From positions 1 to 53,809 of the forward strand of contig CAIXZC010000445.1 in the NCBI GenBank assembly GCA_903923815.1: 53,809 bases of DNA, read 5' to 3'. Positions 26,628 to 37,947 of the stretch are shown here, piece after piece. Every line of letters starts with the position of its first letter. The stretch's first letter is position 1. Both the position numbers and the translations under genes were made by a program. This DNA is from an uncultured Myxococcales bacterium (GTDB taxonomy: Bacteria > Myxococcota_A > UBA9042 > CAIXZC01). The notes under the pieces were generated by a model. It was given only the letters and a program-made list of their open reading frames with translations, searched no databases and had not been told where the DNA came from.

Positions 26628-29600
26628 GTGGTGGGCACCGCAGGAGAGACGGCTGCTTCAAACGGCGGAAGCCAGCGGGCGCTGAGGCGCAGGCTGCTGC
26701 TGATCTCCCTGCGCTGGGCCCTGGTGCGTATGGCGCTGTTCGGGGCCTTCTCCACGGCGGCGGCCATGGTGGTGCTGTTGGCGGCCCTGTTATTGGATCA
26801 TTTCCTGCCCGGTCTGGGCGGCATTGTCTATCCACTTCTGATGATCGTCTTTGGGGCTGGTGCGGCCTATCTGCTGGTGGTCAAGCCTCTGTTCCGGGGC
26901 TTTGGCACGGTGCGGCAGGCGGTGCGCATCGAGGAGGCCTGCGGGGCCCGGGGCTGTATCCTGCCGGCGGCCGAGCTGGTCAAGCGCCAGGGGGAGGGCG
27001 GTGGGGGCGCGGACTCGGGCGAACTGGTGGAGCTGGCGGCGGCCCAGGGGCTGGACTTCCTGGACAGCCTCAAGCCCTGGGAGCTGTACCCCTGGCGGCA
27101 TCTGGCGGCCCTGGCCTGGGTGAACCTGGGACTGGTGGTGGCCCTGACGGGCGCGGTGACCTTGAGTGGCCAGGCCCGGGAGGCCATCGTGGCCCTGTTT
27201 GCCGGAGAGGACAGGGCCAGCCTGGAGCGGGTGCCCCCCAGTGGGGACGAGCGCGCGCTGGTGGCGCCTCCCTCCCCCAAGCTCCTGCCCGCCTGCCGAA
27301 AACTGGATGTCACCGTGATGGATCCCAGGTATCTGGGGGCCTCGTCACGCATTGTGCCTCTGAACGGTCACCTGAAGATCCTCACGGGCAGCACCCTGCG
27401 CTTCAGTTGCCTGGCGCCGGCCCGCAGCCCGGGCGTGAAGATCGACCGCAAGCGCGAGGATGGCACCCGTCTGGCCCAGCCCATGGAGCGGGTGGAGACC
27501 ATCGGGGATGAGGCTCTGTTCACCAGCGAGCTGACCTTCGTGGAGCCGGAGGAGCTGCGCCTTTACCGGGAGCTGGACCTGGCGGGGGCCAAACTGTGGC
27601 ACCAGGGCGTGTGGGTGCTGCACCGGGTGGTGGATGCGGCGCCTGAGTGCTGGCTTTCCCAACCCGGCGGCGAGGGGCAGCTCAAGGAAGGGCAGCACCT
27701 TACCATCAGCCTGGACGCGAAGGATGACTGGGGCCTGTCCCGGGTGGTCCTGAAGTACCGGGTGCCGGAGATTGAAGAGGAGTTCCTGGAGATGGAGCTG
27801 GCGGCGTCCCTCAGTGGGCGGGACCTGCGCTTGGAGGACCGGGTGTCGGTGGATTCCTTGGGCGCCGAGCCGGGGCAAAGCGTGGAGCTGTTCGTGGAGG
27901 TCTTCGACATCCACGAGCCGGGGCCGGGGGTCTGTCGCAGCGAGCGGCGCCTGTTGCAGGTCCAGGGCGGCAGTGACAACGCGGAGGTCCTGGTGGAGGC
28001 CGTGGCGGCGCTGCGGGACTCGTGCATCGACGGGCTGGCGCGGGCGCTGCATCTGCCCCCCTCGGGGAGCCTGCTGCGGACCCTGGCCCAGGTCTATGTC
28101 GGGGAGGAGTTGGAGTACCTGGCGCGGACGGCCCGGCAGACCGTGGAGCGGTTGGTGGCCTCGGCCCGGGTGGAGCAGGAGGAGCTGACGCGGCTGGCCC
28201 AGTTGGCGGCGCGCCTGGAGGAGCTGCTGGGGCAGCGTCGGGGCTGCTGGTTCTCCGTGGGGCGGCGGCTGCGGGACTGCGTGGAGGAGAATACGGCGGC
28301 CCTGGTGGCCGAGTTGACGGCGGATGTACCCATCGTGACGGATTCCTTCGACAGCATGCTGGGGTCCCATCTGGTGGGGCGCATCAAGCAGCTTGAGGTC
28401 ATGCGCCGGGAGCTGAGCTCCATCATGCTCAAGCCAGACGTGGGGGCGCGGCGGCAGAAGGAGGCCCAGCGGCAGGTGTCCAGGCTTATCTACCACGGCA
28501 AGCGGCTGGCGGAGCTGGAGACGCGGCTGCGTACGGCGGTGCCGGAGGAGCTGGCCTGGCCCTCTGCCCAGGTGACGCAGGGGAAGGCGGGCTCGGTGGA
28601 CTCGCTGCTGGTGCAGCTTGAGGACCTGAAGGCCAGCCTGGGGGCGGAGGGTGACCGCAGCGCCCGCATGAAGGGGCTGGACCTGGTGGGGCGCGCCATG
28701 GACGAGCTGTCCCGCAGCGCCGAAGGGGACTACTTCCGCACCATGAGCCGCAGCCTCAAGGGCTTCCAGCGGCGGCTGTCCGCGCTACGCCTGGAGTACC
28801 TGAAGCTGGGGGACGCCATCCGGGCGGCCCAGAAGCAGCTTGGGCAGTTCACGGCAAGCTGGGAGAAGCGCCTGGAGCAGTCCTTCAAGGGGCGCCTGCT
28901 GCGGCGCTGGCGGGAGGTGCGACGGGTGCTGCGCATCACGTCCTACGAGGGGGCGTCGCTGGACGAGCAGGCCTACCTGCCCCTGGAGCGCCAGGGCGTG
29001 GTGGAGCAGAAGAAGCACCTGCGCCTGCTGGCCGATGCCTTCCAGTCGGGGCGGCTGGAGGATGCCCTGGGGCTGCTGGCGGAGGCCGAGGAGCAGCTTC
29101 AAGCCATGCGCTATTCGCTGGAGCTGTCCCTGCGCTATTCGGACGAGGGCAAGGACCGGGTCCGGGCGGAGCTGGGGCGCATCCGGGGGCTGCAGCGCAA
29201 CGTGGAACTGCTGCGCAAGGAGACCTCGGGGATGGTGCCCCTGCGGCGCAGCATGCTCAAAGGTGCGGACCGGGAGCTGCTGGCCAGTCTGGGGGCCTCC
29301 GCGGCGGAGCTGCAGGAGCTGGCCCGAGAGCTGGACGGGGGCCTGAAGGACATGGAGGCCATGTACCCGGCGCTGTTCGTGCGCCTGGAGCAGTTGTTCA
29401 CCCAGACCCGCAAGGCGTTGGCCGAGTGGGGCCCCATGCTGGACCAGATGGATCTGGAGGGGGCGCGGGGGCTGGTGGCCTACGCGCTGGACAGCATCAC
29501 CGAGGCCCTGGCGGTCATGGATGAGGCGTCCAAGGGCGGGCGGCGGGGCGGGCTGGTCATCGCCGGGGCCGGTGGCCTGGGGGGCACGGGGGTGTTCACC

Positions 29601-29720
29601 AAGGGGGGCGAGGTGCCCCTATCGCGGGTCACGGAGATGTTGCAGTCGCTGGGCTCCCGCGGGCTGTCGCCGGCGGTGGAGCAGGTGGCCCGGGACTATT
29701 ACAGGAGGCTGCTCAAATGA
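26628..29720 (+). CDS. large membrane-anchored coiled-coil protein, DUF4175-like
   Basis: A GTG at 26628 lies 8 nt after GGAGG. Two-TM hairpin (MALFGAFSTAAAMVVLLAALLL / IVYPLLMIVFGAGAAYLLVV) followed by RQAVRIEEACG...AAELV. There are several hundred aa of Leu/Arg/Glu-rich helical sequence and a C-terminal ...VARDYYRRLLK. The ORF-track start at 26358 overlaps gspN out of frame and is unlikely. Confidence 0.55.
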   Translation: MVGTAGETAASNGGSQRALRRRLLLISLRWALVRMALFGAFSTAAAMVVLLAALLLDHFLPGLGGIVYPLLMIVFGAGAAYLLVVKPLFRGFGTVRQAVRIEEACGARGCILPAAELVKRQGEGGGGADSGELVELAAAQGLDFLDSLKPWELYPWRHLAALAWVNLGLVVALTGAVTLSGQAREAIVALFAGEDRASLERVPPSGDERALVAPPSPKLLPACRKLDVTVMDPRYLGASSRIVPLNGHLKILTGSTLRFSCLAPARSPGVKIDRKREDGTRLAQPMERVETIGDEALFTSELTFVEPEELRLYRELDLAGAKLWHQGVWVLHRVVDAAPECWLSQPGGEGQLKEGQHLTISLDAKDDWGLSRVVLKYRVPEIEEEFLEMELAASLSGRDLRLEDRVSVDSLGAEPGQSVELFVEVFDIHEPGPGVCRSERRLLQVQGGSDNAEVLVEAVAALRDSCIDGLARALHLPPSGSLLRTLAQVYVGEELEYLARTARQTVERLVASARVEQEELTRLAQLAARLEELLGQRRGCWFSVGRRLRDCVEENTAALVAELTADVPIVTDSFDSMLGSHLVGRIKQLEVMRRELSSIMLKPDVGARRQKEAQRQVSRLIYHGKRLAELETRLRTAVPEELAWPSAQVTQGKAGSVDSLLVQLEDLKASLGAEGDRSARMKGLDLVGRAMDELSRSAEGDYFRTMSRSLKGFQRRLSALRLEYLKLGDAIRAAQKQLGQFTASWEKRLEQSFKGRLLRRWREVRRVLRITSYEGASLDEQAYLPLERQGVVEQKKHLRLLADAFQSGRLEDALGLLAEAEEQLQAMRYSLELSLRYSDEGKDRVRAELGRIRGLQRNVELLRKETSGMVPLRRSMLKGADRELLASLGASAAELQELARELDGGLKDMEAMYPALFVRLEQLFTQTRKALAEWGPMLDQMDLEGARGLVAYALDSITEALAVMDEASKGGRRGGLVIAGAGGLGGTGVFTKGGEVPLSRVTEMLQSLGSRGLSPAVEQVARDYYRRLLK

Positions 29721-31161
29721 ACGGCGCACTCCTGCTGATGTTGGTGTTGGCTTTGGCGGTCCCGGGGGGGCGCAGCCCGGTGGCGCGCGCCGACCAGGCC
29801 CTGGAGGACTGGGACCGGGCGACCTTGAGCAGCCTGGCCCGGGGCGGTGGGGATGGCAGCGTCTACGGCGCGGCGGCCCTGGCCCTGCTGGAGGGGCGCT
29901 TTGGGGATGCGGAGGCGGCGGAGGGGGCGGCGGACAAGCTGGCCCCGGAGGAGGCCCAGAGGGTGCGCGCGCTGGCCTCCCAGGCGGCGGCCTTCACCCA
30001 CGTGCTGGGCAAGCTGGCTCAGGCCCAGACGGATGGCCTGCAGGTGTTTGCGCCCAAGGGACAGTTGGAGGTGCTGGCGGGGCTGGCCCAGGAGCTGGCC
30101 ACGGCCCACCGGGCCACGGGATTGCCGGGGCCGGAGCAGGGGCGGGTGCTGGTGGTGTTCGTGGCCCAGGAGGAGGACCTGGCGGCCCTGGCGGGCCTGG
30201 AGACGGTCCAGGTCCAGAACTCGGGCCTGCGGGGCCTGGGGCGCTGGGGGGCCGTGGTGCTGCTGTCGCCGTCGGCCCTGCCCTGGGGCTACGACTGGCA
30301 GCGGGTGCTGGCCCACGAGCTGCTGCACCTGGGGCTGCACGGTCGCTGCGGGGACGCCCCGTTGTGGTTTGAAGAGGGTTATGCCCACCTTGCGGACACC
30401 TTCTGGCGGACCGGCGCGCCGGCCCTTGCGGCCGAGGCCGAGCGGGGACTGCTGGCCTTGGCCTTGAAGCGCAAGGCCCAGCGTTCCTGGCCCGAGCTGG
30501 AGCGTTCTTTTGCGGCCGTGGCCCAGCCCTGGGAGGCCGCGGTGGCCTTCGCCCAGGCGGGGGCGGCGGTGGCGCAGTTGGTGGAGCGAGGTGGCCCCCA
30601 GAGCCCCGCTGCGGTCTGCGCGCTGGCCCGACGGGGGGTGCAGTTCGAGGTGGCCCTGGCCCGGGTCTGGGGCGGCAGCTACCTGTGGTTCAAACGAGTG
30701 GCGGAGGCCCGCTGGCAGAAGAAGCTGGTGCGCGCCGAGGGGCAGCTTGCCAGGAAGAAGTTCGGGCTGGACGGCGCGGACAGCGAGTTCCTGGCCGGCC
30801 AGCTCGGTGATATGCTCTGGGGCCGCGGTCACGGGGAGGCGGCCCTGGCCACCTTCCAGGCCTCCGCGGGGACGGAGCCAAGCCCCGAGCTGGCCTATCG
30901 CATGGCCCTGCTGCTGGTGAAGAAGGGCGAGCCCGGGGCGGCCCTTCAGCTCACCACCCGGGCGCTGGAGGCCTGGGGTCCCAATGCCGGGCTGTATCTG
31001 GCGGGGGCCCTGGCCCAGGAAGCCCTGGAGGATCCAGGGGCGGCGCTGGCCCTGGCAGAGCTTGCCCACCGTCAGCAGCCCTTCTCCTTGAAAATTGCCC
31101 GCCTGCGGGCCAGACTCCAGGCACCGGCGGCGGCACCGCAGACCACGAAAGGATCCACTCC

Positions 31162-31165
<4 letters not shown>
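29717..31165 (+). CDS. secreted HExxH protein (peptidase MA-like) with TPR-like C-terminal region
   Basis: Signal peptide MNGALLLMLVLALAVPGG. LAHELLHLGLHG followed by WFEEGYAHL resembles the Peptidase_MA-type HExxH...E arrangement. Helical repeat-like C-terminus. ATGA overlaps on both sides. Confidence 0.5.
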
Positions 31166-32166
<1,001 letters not shown>

Positions 32167-32176
32167 CGGAGAGGTC

Positions 32177-33118
32177 ATGTCCCCAACCAAAGACAGGGCT
32201 GCCCTGCTGCCCGCCGAACTGGAGAGGAAGCTGGCCGGCTTTCGCTTCTATCGGCACGCCCCGACGGGGGGGCGGGTGCTGGGGCCCCACCGGGGGACGG
32301 GGTCGGGCTCCAGCCTGGAGTTCGCGCGGCACAAGGAGTACTCGCCCGGGGACGACCTGCGGCGGGTGAACTGGAAGCTGTTCGCGCGCTCGGATCGCTA
32401 CTACGTGAAGGAGTACACGCGGGAGCTGGGGGCGGAGGTCCTGATGGTGGTGGATTGCAGCCCCTCCATGCGGACGCCGGGGGCCCCCACCAAGCTGGAG
32501 GCGGCCTCGCGGCTGTGCGCGGCGCTGTCCTGGGTGATGCTGCACCAGGGGGACAAGGTGGGGCTGCGCCTGGAGGATCGGGGCACCGTGCCCGGCAACC
32601 TGCGCCCCGACCGGGACCCCGCCCACTTCCTGCGGGTGGCCAAGATCCTGGGCCAGGGCCTGGAGGGCTTCCCCGAGGACTACCCGGGCTTCCCCGCGGA
32701 CGACGGCTCCCGGGAGCGCACCGTCCTGTTCTTCTCGGATTTTCTGTTTTCGACGCAGCACTTCGTGAAGCGGCTGTCGGAGCTGCGCAAGGGTCGCAAC
32801 CGGGTCATGCTGTTCCATGTCATCGACCCCCTGGAGTACAGGCCCGCCCTGGTGGACGGGGTGCCCGACTGGTCCCAGGCCCACGCCGACGCCTTCCCCT
32901 ACGCGGAGGCCGTGCGCTTCCGCTGCCCGGAGACGGGGCGCAGCATCCTGCTGGACGGTCGCACCATGCGCGCCGAGTACCTTCAAAGCTTTCGGCACTT
33001 CATGGAGGAGCTGCGGGGGGCCGCCGAGGAGTATCTGACCGAGTACGTCCCCATGAGCACCGCAGAGGACTTCGAGGCCTTCCTGTTCCGCCTGCTGGGG
33101 AGGGCCCGCCGTGTTTGA
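32177..33118 (+). CDS. DUF58-family protein (vWA-like, MIDAS-type DxSxS present)
   Basis: RVNWKLFARSDRYYVKEYTRE signature, then VVDCSPSM (DxSxS). Canonical position after MoxR. Confidence 0.85.
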   Translation: MSPTKDRAALLPAELERKLAGFRFYRHAPTGGRVLGPHRGTGSGSSLEFARHKEYSPGDDLRRVNWKLFARSDRYYVKEYTRELGAEVLMVVDCSPSMRTPGAPTKLEAASRLCAALSWVMLHQGDKVGLRLEDRGTVPGNLRPDRDPAHFLRVAKILGQGLEGFPEDYPGFPADDGSRERTVLFFSDFLFSTQHFVKRLSELRKGRNRVMLFHVIDPLEYRPALVDGVPDWSQAHADAFPYAEAVRFRCPETGRSILLDGRTMRAEYLQSFRHFMEELRGAAEEYLTEYVPMSTAEDFEAFLFRLLGRARRV

Positions 33119-35033
33119 GCACCCCTGGCATCTGCTGGCCGCCGTGGCCGCTCTGGTCCCCATCATCGTTGGCGCCGCGCGGTACTACCGGCTTCGCACG
33201 GTGGACCTGCGGGCGCCCGTGTTCCTCATGTCCCGGGGGCGGGCCTTCTGGCGCTTGGCGCGGCTGCGGCGCACGGCCCTGGCGGTGACCCGGATTGCCT
33301 TGGTGCTGGTGCTGGCCACGGTGTTCGCGTCCCCCGTGCGTCCCCCCTGGACACCCGACTCCGACGCCGCCCTCAGCCAGGAGCGTCTGCTGGTCCTGCT
33401 GGATGACTCTCTGCCCATGGCCTGGAGCGATGGCACCACCACGCTGCTGCGCCGGGCGGTGGACGCGGCCCGGGGGGCAGCCGAGCAGTCCGGCGCCACC
33501 CGCTTTGCCCTGAAGACCGCCTGCCGCCTGGAGGGCCCCCCGGTGTTCCTGGATAAGGCGGGCTTTCGTGTGGCGCTGGAGGGTGTGAGGCAGGCCCACG
33601 GGACCTGTCCTGGGGTGGAAGAGCCCAGCGCGCTGCTGGCCGCCGCGGGCACCGGCACCCGGGTCGTCTACGTGGGCCTCTGCTCGGCCGCCAGTCGCCC
33701 CTTGGCGGGCCTGGAGCGGATCTGCCTGCCGCCGCCCTCGGAGCCCCAGGGTCGGGGCCTGCTGGAGGCGCGTTGCCAGTCCCAGCGGCGCTGCGCGGTA
33801 ACGGTCCACGGCTATCCCCCCGAGGGCCCCGGCCATCTCACGGCCTCCTGTCGGTCCGAGCCCACCCAAGCGGTGGAGTTCGACTTCGTCTTCAAGGGCA
33901 CCAACCCCCTGCTGCTGGACCTGGAGGTCCCCCTGCGTTGCAAGGATCCGGTGCTGCTGTTCTCGCTGCCGGAGGATGCCTTCACGCCGGATGACAGTCT
34001 GGAGGTGGTCATGCCCGAGGAGCGCCCCCGAATGGTGCTGCTGGTGGATGGTTCGGTGGGTTCCCGCCCCGGCGGTGGGCCCACGGCCTATCTGCAGCAG
34101 GTCATCCTGGCGGCAAAGGATCGGGGGGCCAACCTGCTGCTGCGGGTCCTGGGGCAGGACGAACTGCCGGCCCAAAAGCTGGGCGAGGCAGATCTGATCA
34201 TCCTGGCGGATCCTCGGTTGCCCCGTCGGCACATCACCGAACGTCTGCTGCGGGCGGTGGAGGAGGGGGCCTCGCTGGTCATCACCGCCGGTCCCAACCT
34301 TGCCCAATGGCCCGACGGTCAGGGGCTGATCCCGGGTGGTTGGAAGTCCGAGCCCGTCAGCGACGCCGCTGTGGCCCTGGGTAGCGTGAAGGGGCGCCGG
34401 GGAGACCGGGCCGGTTCCAAGGCGTCGGAGCTGCGGGGCCCCAGCTTCGAGAAGCGTTTCCTGCCCTTTGGGTTCAACTCCGACACCACGGAGCGGCTGC
34501 TGGCCTTCTCCGACGGTGCCCCCGCGGTGCTGGCCTGGAACCATGGCCGGGGGCGGGTGTTCTTCTGGCTGTTCTCGGCCGATCTGGCCTTTGGCGAGTA
34601 TCCCCTGGACCCGGCCTTCCCGGCCCTGATGGAGGCACCCATGGCCCGCCAATCCGGGGTGGCCGCGTCTCTGACCCACTGTTGGAGCGGCCAGCCCTGC
34701 CCGGCGGCGGACCTGGACTCCCCCTGGGAGCTGCGCTCTCCCCACGGCTTCCCCGTGACGGAGCTCATGCAGGCCCTTCGGGAGGGCAACCCCATGGTCC
34801 CTCCGGGCGTCTACCAGCGTCTGCGGGCCGGCTTCTTCGAGCCCGTCCTGGACCTGCGCCAGTCCCCCGCCACCCTGGTGGGCGCCGTCTCCCGGGGCCT
34901 GCTGGCGACCTCTCGGGACAGCGCCCCGCACCTGGACAGCGCGCCCCCCGTGGCCCCCCCGCTGCCTCTGCATTTTCCCTTGTTGCTGTTGCTGCTTGGC
35001 CTGCTGCTGCTGGAGACGAGGCTGTCGCGGTAG
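33111..35033 (+). CDS. BatA-N-terminal (double-transmembrane) domain protein
   Basis: The N-terminus FEHPWHLLAAVAALVPIIVGAARYYRLR...PVFLMS matches the aerotolerance-regulator N-terminal/two-anchor pattern. A second TM follows and there is a C-terminal hydrophobic anchor LLLLLLGLLLLETRL. The MIDAS-like site is degenerate (DDSLP). Confidence 0.65.
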   Translation: MFEHPWHLLAAVAALVPIIVGAARYYRLRTVDLRAPVFLMSRGRAFWRLARLRRTALAVTRIALVLVLATVFASPVRPPWTPDSDAALSQERLLVLLDDSLPMAWSDGTTTLLRRAVDAARGAAEQSGATRFALKTACRLEGPPVFLDKAGFRVALEGVRQAHGTCPGVEEPSALLAAAGTGTRVVYVGLCSAASRPLAGLERICLPPPSEPQGRGLLEARCQSQRRCAVTVHGYPPEGPGHLTASCRSEPTQAVEFDFVFKGTNPLLLDLEVPLRCKDPVLLFSLPEDAFTPDDSLEVVMPEERPRMVLLVDGSVGSRPGGGPTAYLQQVILAAKDRGANLLLRVLGQDELPAQKLGEADLIILADPRLPRRHITERLLRAVEEGASLVITAGPNLAQWPDGQGLIPGGWKSEPVSDAAVALGSVKGRRGDRAGSKASELRGPSFEKRFLPFGFNSDTTERLLAFSDGAPAVLAWNHGRGRVFFWLFSADLAFGEYPLDPAFPALMEAPMARQSGVAASLTHCWSGQPCPAADLDSPWELRSPHGFPVTELMQALREGNPMVPPGVYQRLRAGFFEPVLDLRQSPATLVGAVSRGLLATSRDSAPHLDSAPPVAPPLPLHFPLLLLLLGLLLLETRLSR

Positions 35034-35038
35034 GAGAC

Positions 35039-37234
35039 CTACAACACCATGGAGAACAACAACGTGCCGCTGAGGCCTGCGCCGTCTATGCCGGAGCCGT
35101 GGATGCGGTAGTCCTCGTTCAGCAGGTTCTCCACGCCCAGGGTCACCTCGCCGCCCTGGAAGGGGCGGACGCCGGCCCGCAGGTTGATGACGGCCCAGCC
35201 GGGGGTGCCCTTGCAGGCGGCCAGCACCTTGCCGGGGTTGGCGGGGTCTTCACAGATCCTCAGATCATCCTTGTCGCTGGAGGACAGGCGGTCCTGCTTG
35301 AGGGCCCACAGCACCTGGGCCTCGGCGAAGACGAAGTGCTTCCAGGGGTCATCAAACAGCAGGGAGGCCGAGCCGCTGAGGGGCGGCACCCTGGTGGCGG
35401 CCTGGGTCTTGTCATCCTTGTCCGTCACGTCGCCCTTCACATAGGCCGCCGAGGCCTTCAGCCGCAGGCCCGACCAGGCGGCCGTCTCCAGGCGCGCCTC
35501 CAGGCCCTTGTACTCGGCGCTGCCCACGTTGATGCGGCGGTAGGCCTTCTGGGTGCCCAGCACCGTGGGGTCGATGCCCAGATCGGTGATCTCCTGGGCC
35601 GTCAGTTCGCTGCGGTAGATCATGTCATGGACCCAGGTTTTGTAGACCGCGCCCCCCAGGCTGCCCAGGGCGGTGTGCAGCTTGGCGCCGACCTCCAGGG
35701 TGTCGCTGGTCATGGGGGTCAGGTCGGCGTTGGGGACCTCGTAGTCCTTGCCCGTGTTGCCCATGACGGTGGTCTCCTGCAGGTTGGGCGCCCGGAAGCC
35801 CTGGGACCAGTCGAAGTACAGGTGCAGCAGGTCACTGTAGATGTAGGACAGCCCCGCGGACCCCACCAGCCCCTGGAAGTCGAACTCCACGTCGCCGTAG
35901 CCGGGCACGTCGGCGGCGCTGGCCGCCAGATGGGTGAAGCGGCTGCCGGCGGAGAACTGCAGGCGATGATCCCGGGCCAGGGGCAGCGTGTACTTGGCCC
36001 TCAGGTAGGCCGCCAGCGTCAGGTAAGAGGAGTCCTCGGAGAAGTTGCCGCGGTCCGCGTCCTTCCAGACCCAGGCATCCTTGGCGGCGGCCTTGCGGGT
36101 CCCCGAGGACACCAGGTCGACATAGCCCTCGGCGCCCGCGATGGTCTGCAGGCGGTCCCCCAGCAGGGAGCTCTCCCAGGTGGCGAAGAAGCCCGGCGTG
36201 CTGACGCTGTCCGTGGCCCTGCTACGGTCCGACAGGCCCGCCAGTTCGCGGCGCACACAGGCGGTGTAGTCGGCGATGGCTTTGGGGTCGGTGTCCGTGT
36301 AGGCGCACTTGAACACCGAGGTGACCTCCCGCGAGTAGTGGTGGGACAGGTTCACCTGGAGGTTGCGGGCCAGCCCCTGCCCCTTGCGCGAGGCGCGCAC
36401 GTAGCTGAGCACATCCTGGTTGTCGTAGATGGTGAACTCGCCCTTGCCCAGCTTGTCCGCGCGGCCGGCGTCATCAATGGCGGAGAAGATGCTGGTGCCC
36501 GTCAGCACCCAGGAGTCGGCCAGCTTGTAGCTGCCCTTGACCCTGCCCCCGGCGCGGTTCACGGAGGACAGCACCTGGCTGTTGCCGTCGCCGTCGGTGA
36601 GGTCTCCCACCAGGGCGCCCGAGAGGCTGATGAGGGCCGCCGCCCGGTCCCCCACGAAGGACCCCTCGACCAGGCCGCCGCCGCTTCTGGCTGCGCTGCC
36701 GCCGCGGGCGATGAGGCGGCCACCCAGGGGGGCAAAGCGCCCGGCCCGTGGGTCGGAGGTGAGGGCCTGGATGACGCCCCCCATGGCGTCGCTGCCGTAC
36801 AGCACGGACCCGGGCCCATGGAGGACCTCCACCCGGGACATCATGTAGGGGTCCAGCAGGGCCAGGTACTGCAGGGGGCCGGTGCGCCAGGTGGACTGGT
36901 TGAAGCGCACGCCGTCCACCAGCACCAGGTTCTCCATGCCGATCTGCCCGCGAATGATGGGGGCCCCCGCGCCGGCGTTGGTCTTCTGCACGAAGTAACC
37001 TTGGCTGGCCAGCGCCTCGGGGAGGCTGTCGGGCTGGCCGGCGGTAAGCTCCGCGCCCTCCAGCACGTCCACCTGCCGGGCGGTGAGGAAGTTGGTGGCC
37101 TCGCTGCGGTCAGCGCTGACCACGACCTCATCCATCATGTCGGCGGCAGCCAAAGGGTTGGGGTCGGCGGGGGCGGCCGCGGGGGCAGCTCCAAGGATTG
37201 CGGACAACAACAATGCGGCACTCAAGATGGTCAT
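35039..37234 (-). CDS. TonB-dependent outer-membrane receptor
   Basis: Signal peptide MTILSAALLLSAILGAAPAAAP. Plug region DEVVVSADRSEATNFLTARQVDVLEG...PIIRGQ. Long beta-barrel. GGAGGG RBS before the ATG at 37234. The ORF-track start at 37309 is less likely. Confidence 0.85.
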   Translation of the reverse strand: MTILSAALLLSAILGAAPAAAPADPNPLAAADMMDEVVVSADRSEATNFLTARQVDVLEGAELTAGQPDSLPEALASQGYFVQKTNAGAGAPIIRGQIGMENLVLVDGVRFNQSTWRTGPLQYLALLDPYMMSRVEVLHGPGSVLYGSDAMGGVIQALTSDPRAGRFAPLGGRLIARGGSAARSGGGLVEGSFVGDRAAALISLSGALVGDLTDGDGNSQVLSSVNRAGGRVKGSYKLADSWVLTGTSIFSAIDDAGRADKLGKGEFTIYDNQDVLSYVRASRKGQGLARNLQVNLSHHYSREVTSVFKCAYTDTDPKAIADYTACVRRELAGLSDRSRATDSVSTPGFFATWESSLLGDRLQTIAGAEGYVDLVSSGTRKAAAKDAWVWKDADRGNFSEDSSYLTLAAYLRAKYTLPLARDHRLQFSAGSRFTHLAASAADVPGYGDVEFDFQGLVGSAGLSYIYSDLLHLYFDWSQGFRAPNLQETTVMGNTGKDYEVPNADLTPMTSDTLEVGAKLHTALGSLGGAVYKTWVHDMIYRSELTAQEITDLGIDPTVLGTQKAYRRINVGSAEYKGLEARLETAAWSGLRLKASAAYVKGDVTDKDDKTQAATRVPPLSGSASLLFDDPWKHFVFAEAQVLWALKQDRLSSSDKDDLRICEDPANPGKVLAACKGTPGWAVINLRAGVRPFQGGEVTLGVENLLNEDYRIHGSGIDGAGLSGTLLFSMVL

Positions 37235-37335
37235 GGGTCCCTCCACAAAAGCGAGGGCCATCCTAGCCGCCCAGGCCGGAACCGGAAATGGGGACTTGCC
37301 CCCAACCATACGGGTTTTCGGGGGGGCGCGGGGGG

Positions 37336-37947
37336 TCAGTCGACGGTGACGAGGCCGATCTTCACGGCGTAGCGGGTGAGCCCCGCCAGGTCGTGGATGC
37401 CAAGCTTCTCCATGATGCGGGCGCGGTGGTTCTCCACGGTCTTGGGGCTGATGCCCAGGATGATGCCCACCTCCTGGCTGGTTTTGCCCAGGGCCACCAG
37501 CCGCAGCACCTCCTCCTCGCGGGTCGACAGCTCCCGCACCAGCTCCACCGGGGCGGTGATGGACTTGCCCAGGAACATGCGCCCCGCCGCCGCCTCCCGC
37601 ACGGCGGTCAGCAGCTCGCCCAGGTCCGAGCCCTTGTAAAGGTAACCGTCCGCCCCCGCCTTCAGGGCCGCCCGCACATAGGTGGGCTGGGAGTGCATGG
37701 ACAGCACCAGCACCCGGGGCGGGTTGTCGGCGGCCTTGATCATGCGGATCAGCTCGATGCCGGGGATGTCCGGCAGGCTCAGGTCCACCAGCACCAGGTC
37801 CACGCGCCGGTTCTTCAGGAACGCCAGGGCCTCGTGGCTGGTCCCGCAGGTGCCCGCCAGCTCGAACTCCGGGGACGAGGCCACCAGGGCAGACAGCCCC
37901 TGGCGCACGATGGTGTGGTCATCGACCACCAGCAGTGAGGTCTTCAC
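37336..37947 (-). CDS. NarL/LuxR-family response regulator
   Basis: Receiver domain (LLVVDDH...VLVDLSLPD) plus a C-terminal LuxR-type HTH (LSTREEEVLRLVALGKTSQEVGIILGISPKTVENHR). Confidence 0.9.
   Translation of the reverse strand: MKTSLLVVDDHTIVRQGLSALVASSPEFELAGTCGTSHEALAFLKNRRVDLVLVDLSLPDIPGIELIRMIKAADNPPRVLVLSMHSQPTYVRAALKAGADGYLYKGSDLGELLTAVREAAAGRMFLGKSITAPVELVRELSTREEEVLRLVALGKTSQEVGIILGISPKTVENHRARIMEKLGIHDLAGLTRYAVKIGLVTVD

Noticed and set aside
33390-33420. Possible vWA/MIDAS motif in the BatA-N protein (VLLDDSLPMA).
   Set aside because: The sequence is DDSLP rather than DxSxS. I cannot support a functional MIDAS or vWA call from the sequence alone.
37235-37335. Possible riboswitch (for example cobalamin) or terminator in the 101-nt leader of the TonB-dependent receptor gene.
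   Set aside because: There is no B12-box-like GCCACTG or other recognisable riboswitch core. Only a weak 4-bp GGGG/CCCC stem is present.
37919-37947. 29-nt overlap between the histidine kinase 3' end and the response regulator start, considered as a possible recoding or fusion signal.
   Set aside because: Overlaps of this size are common in compact operons. The regulator has only this one plausible Met start, and nothing suggests a frameshift.
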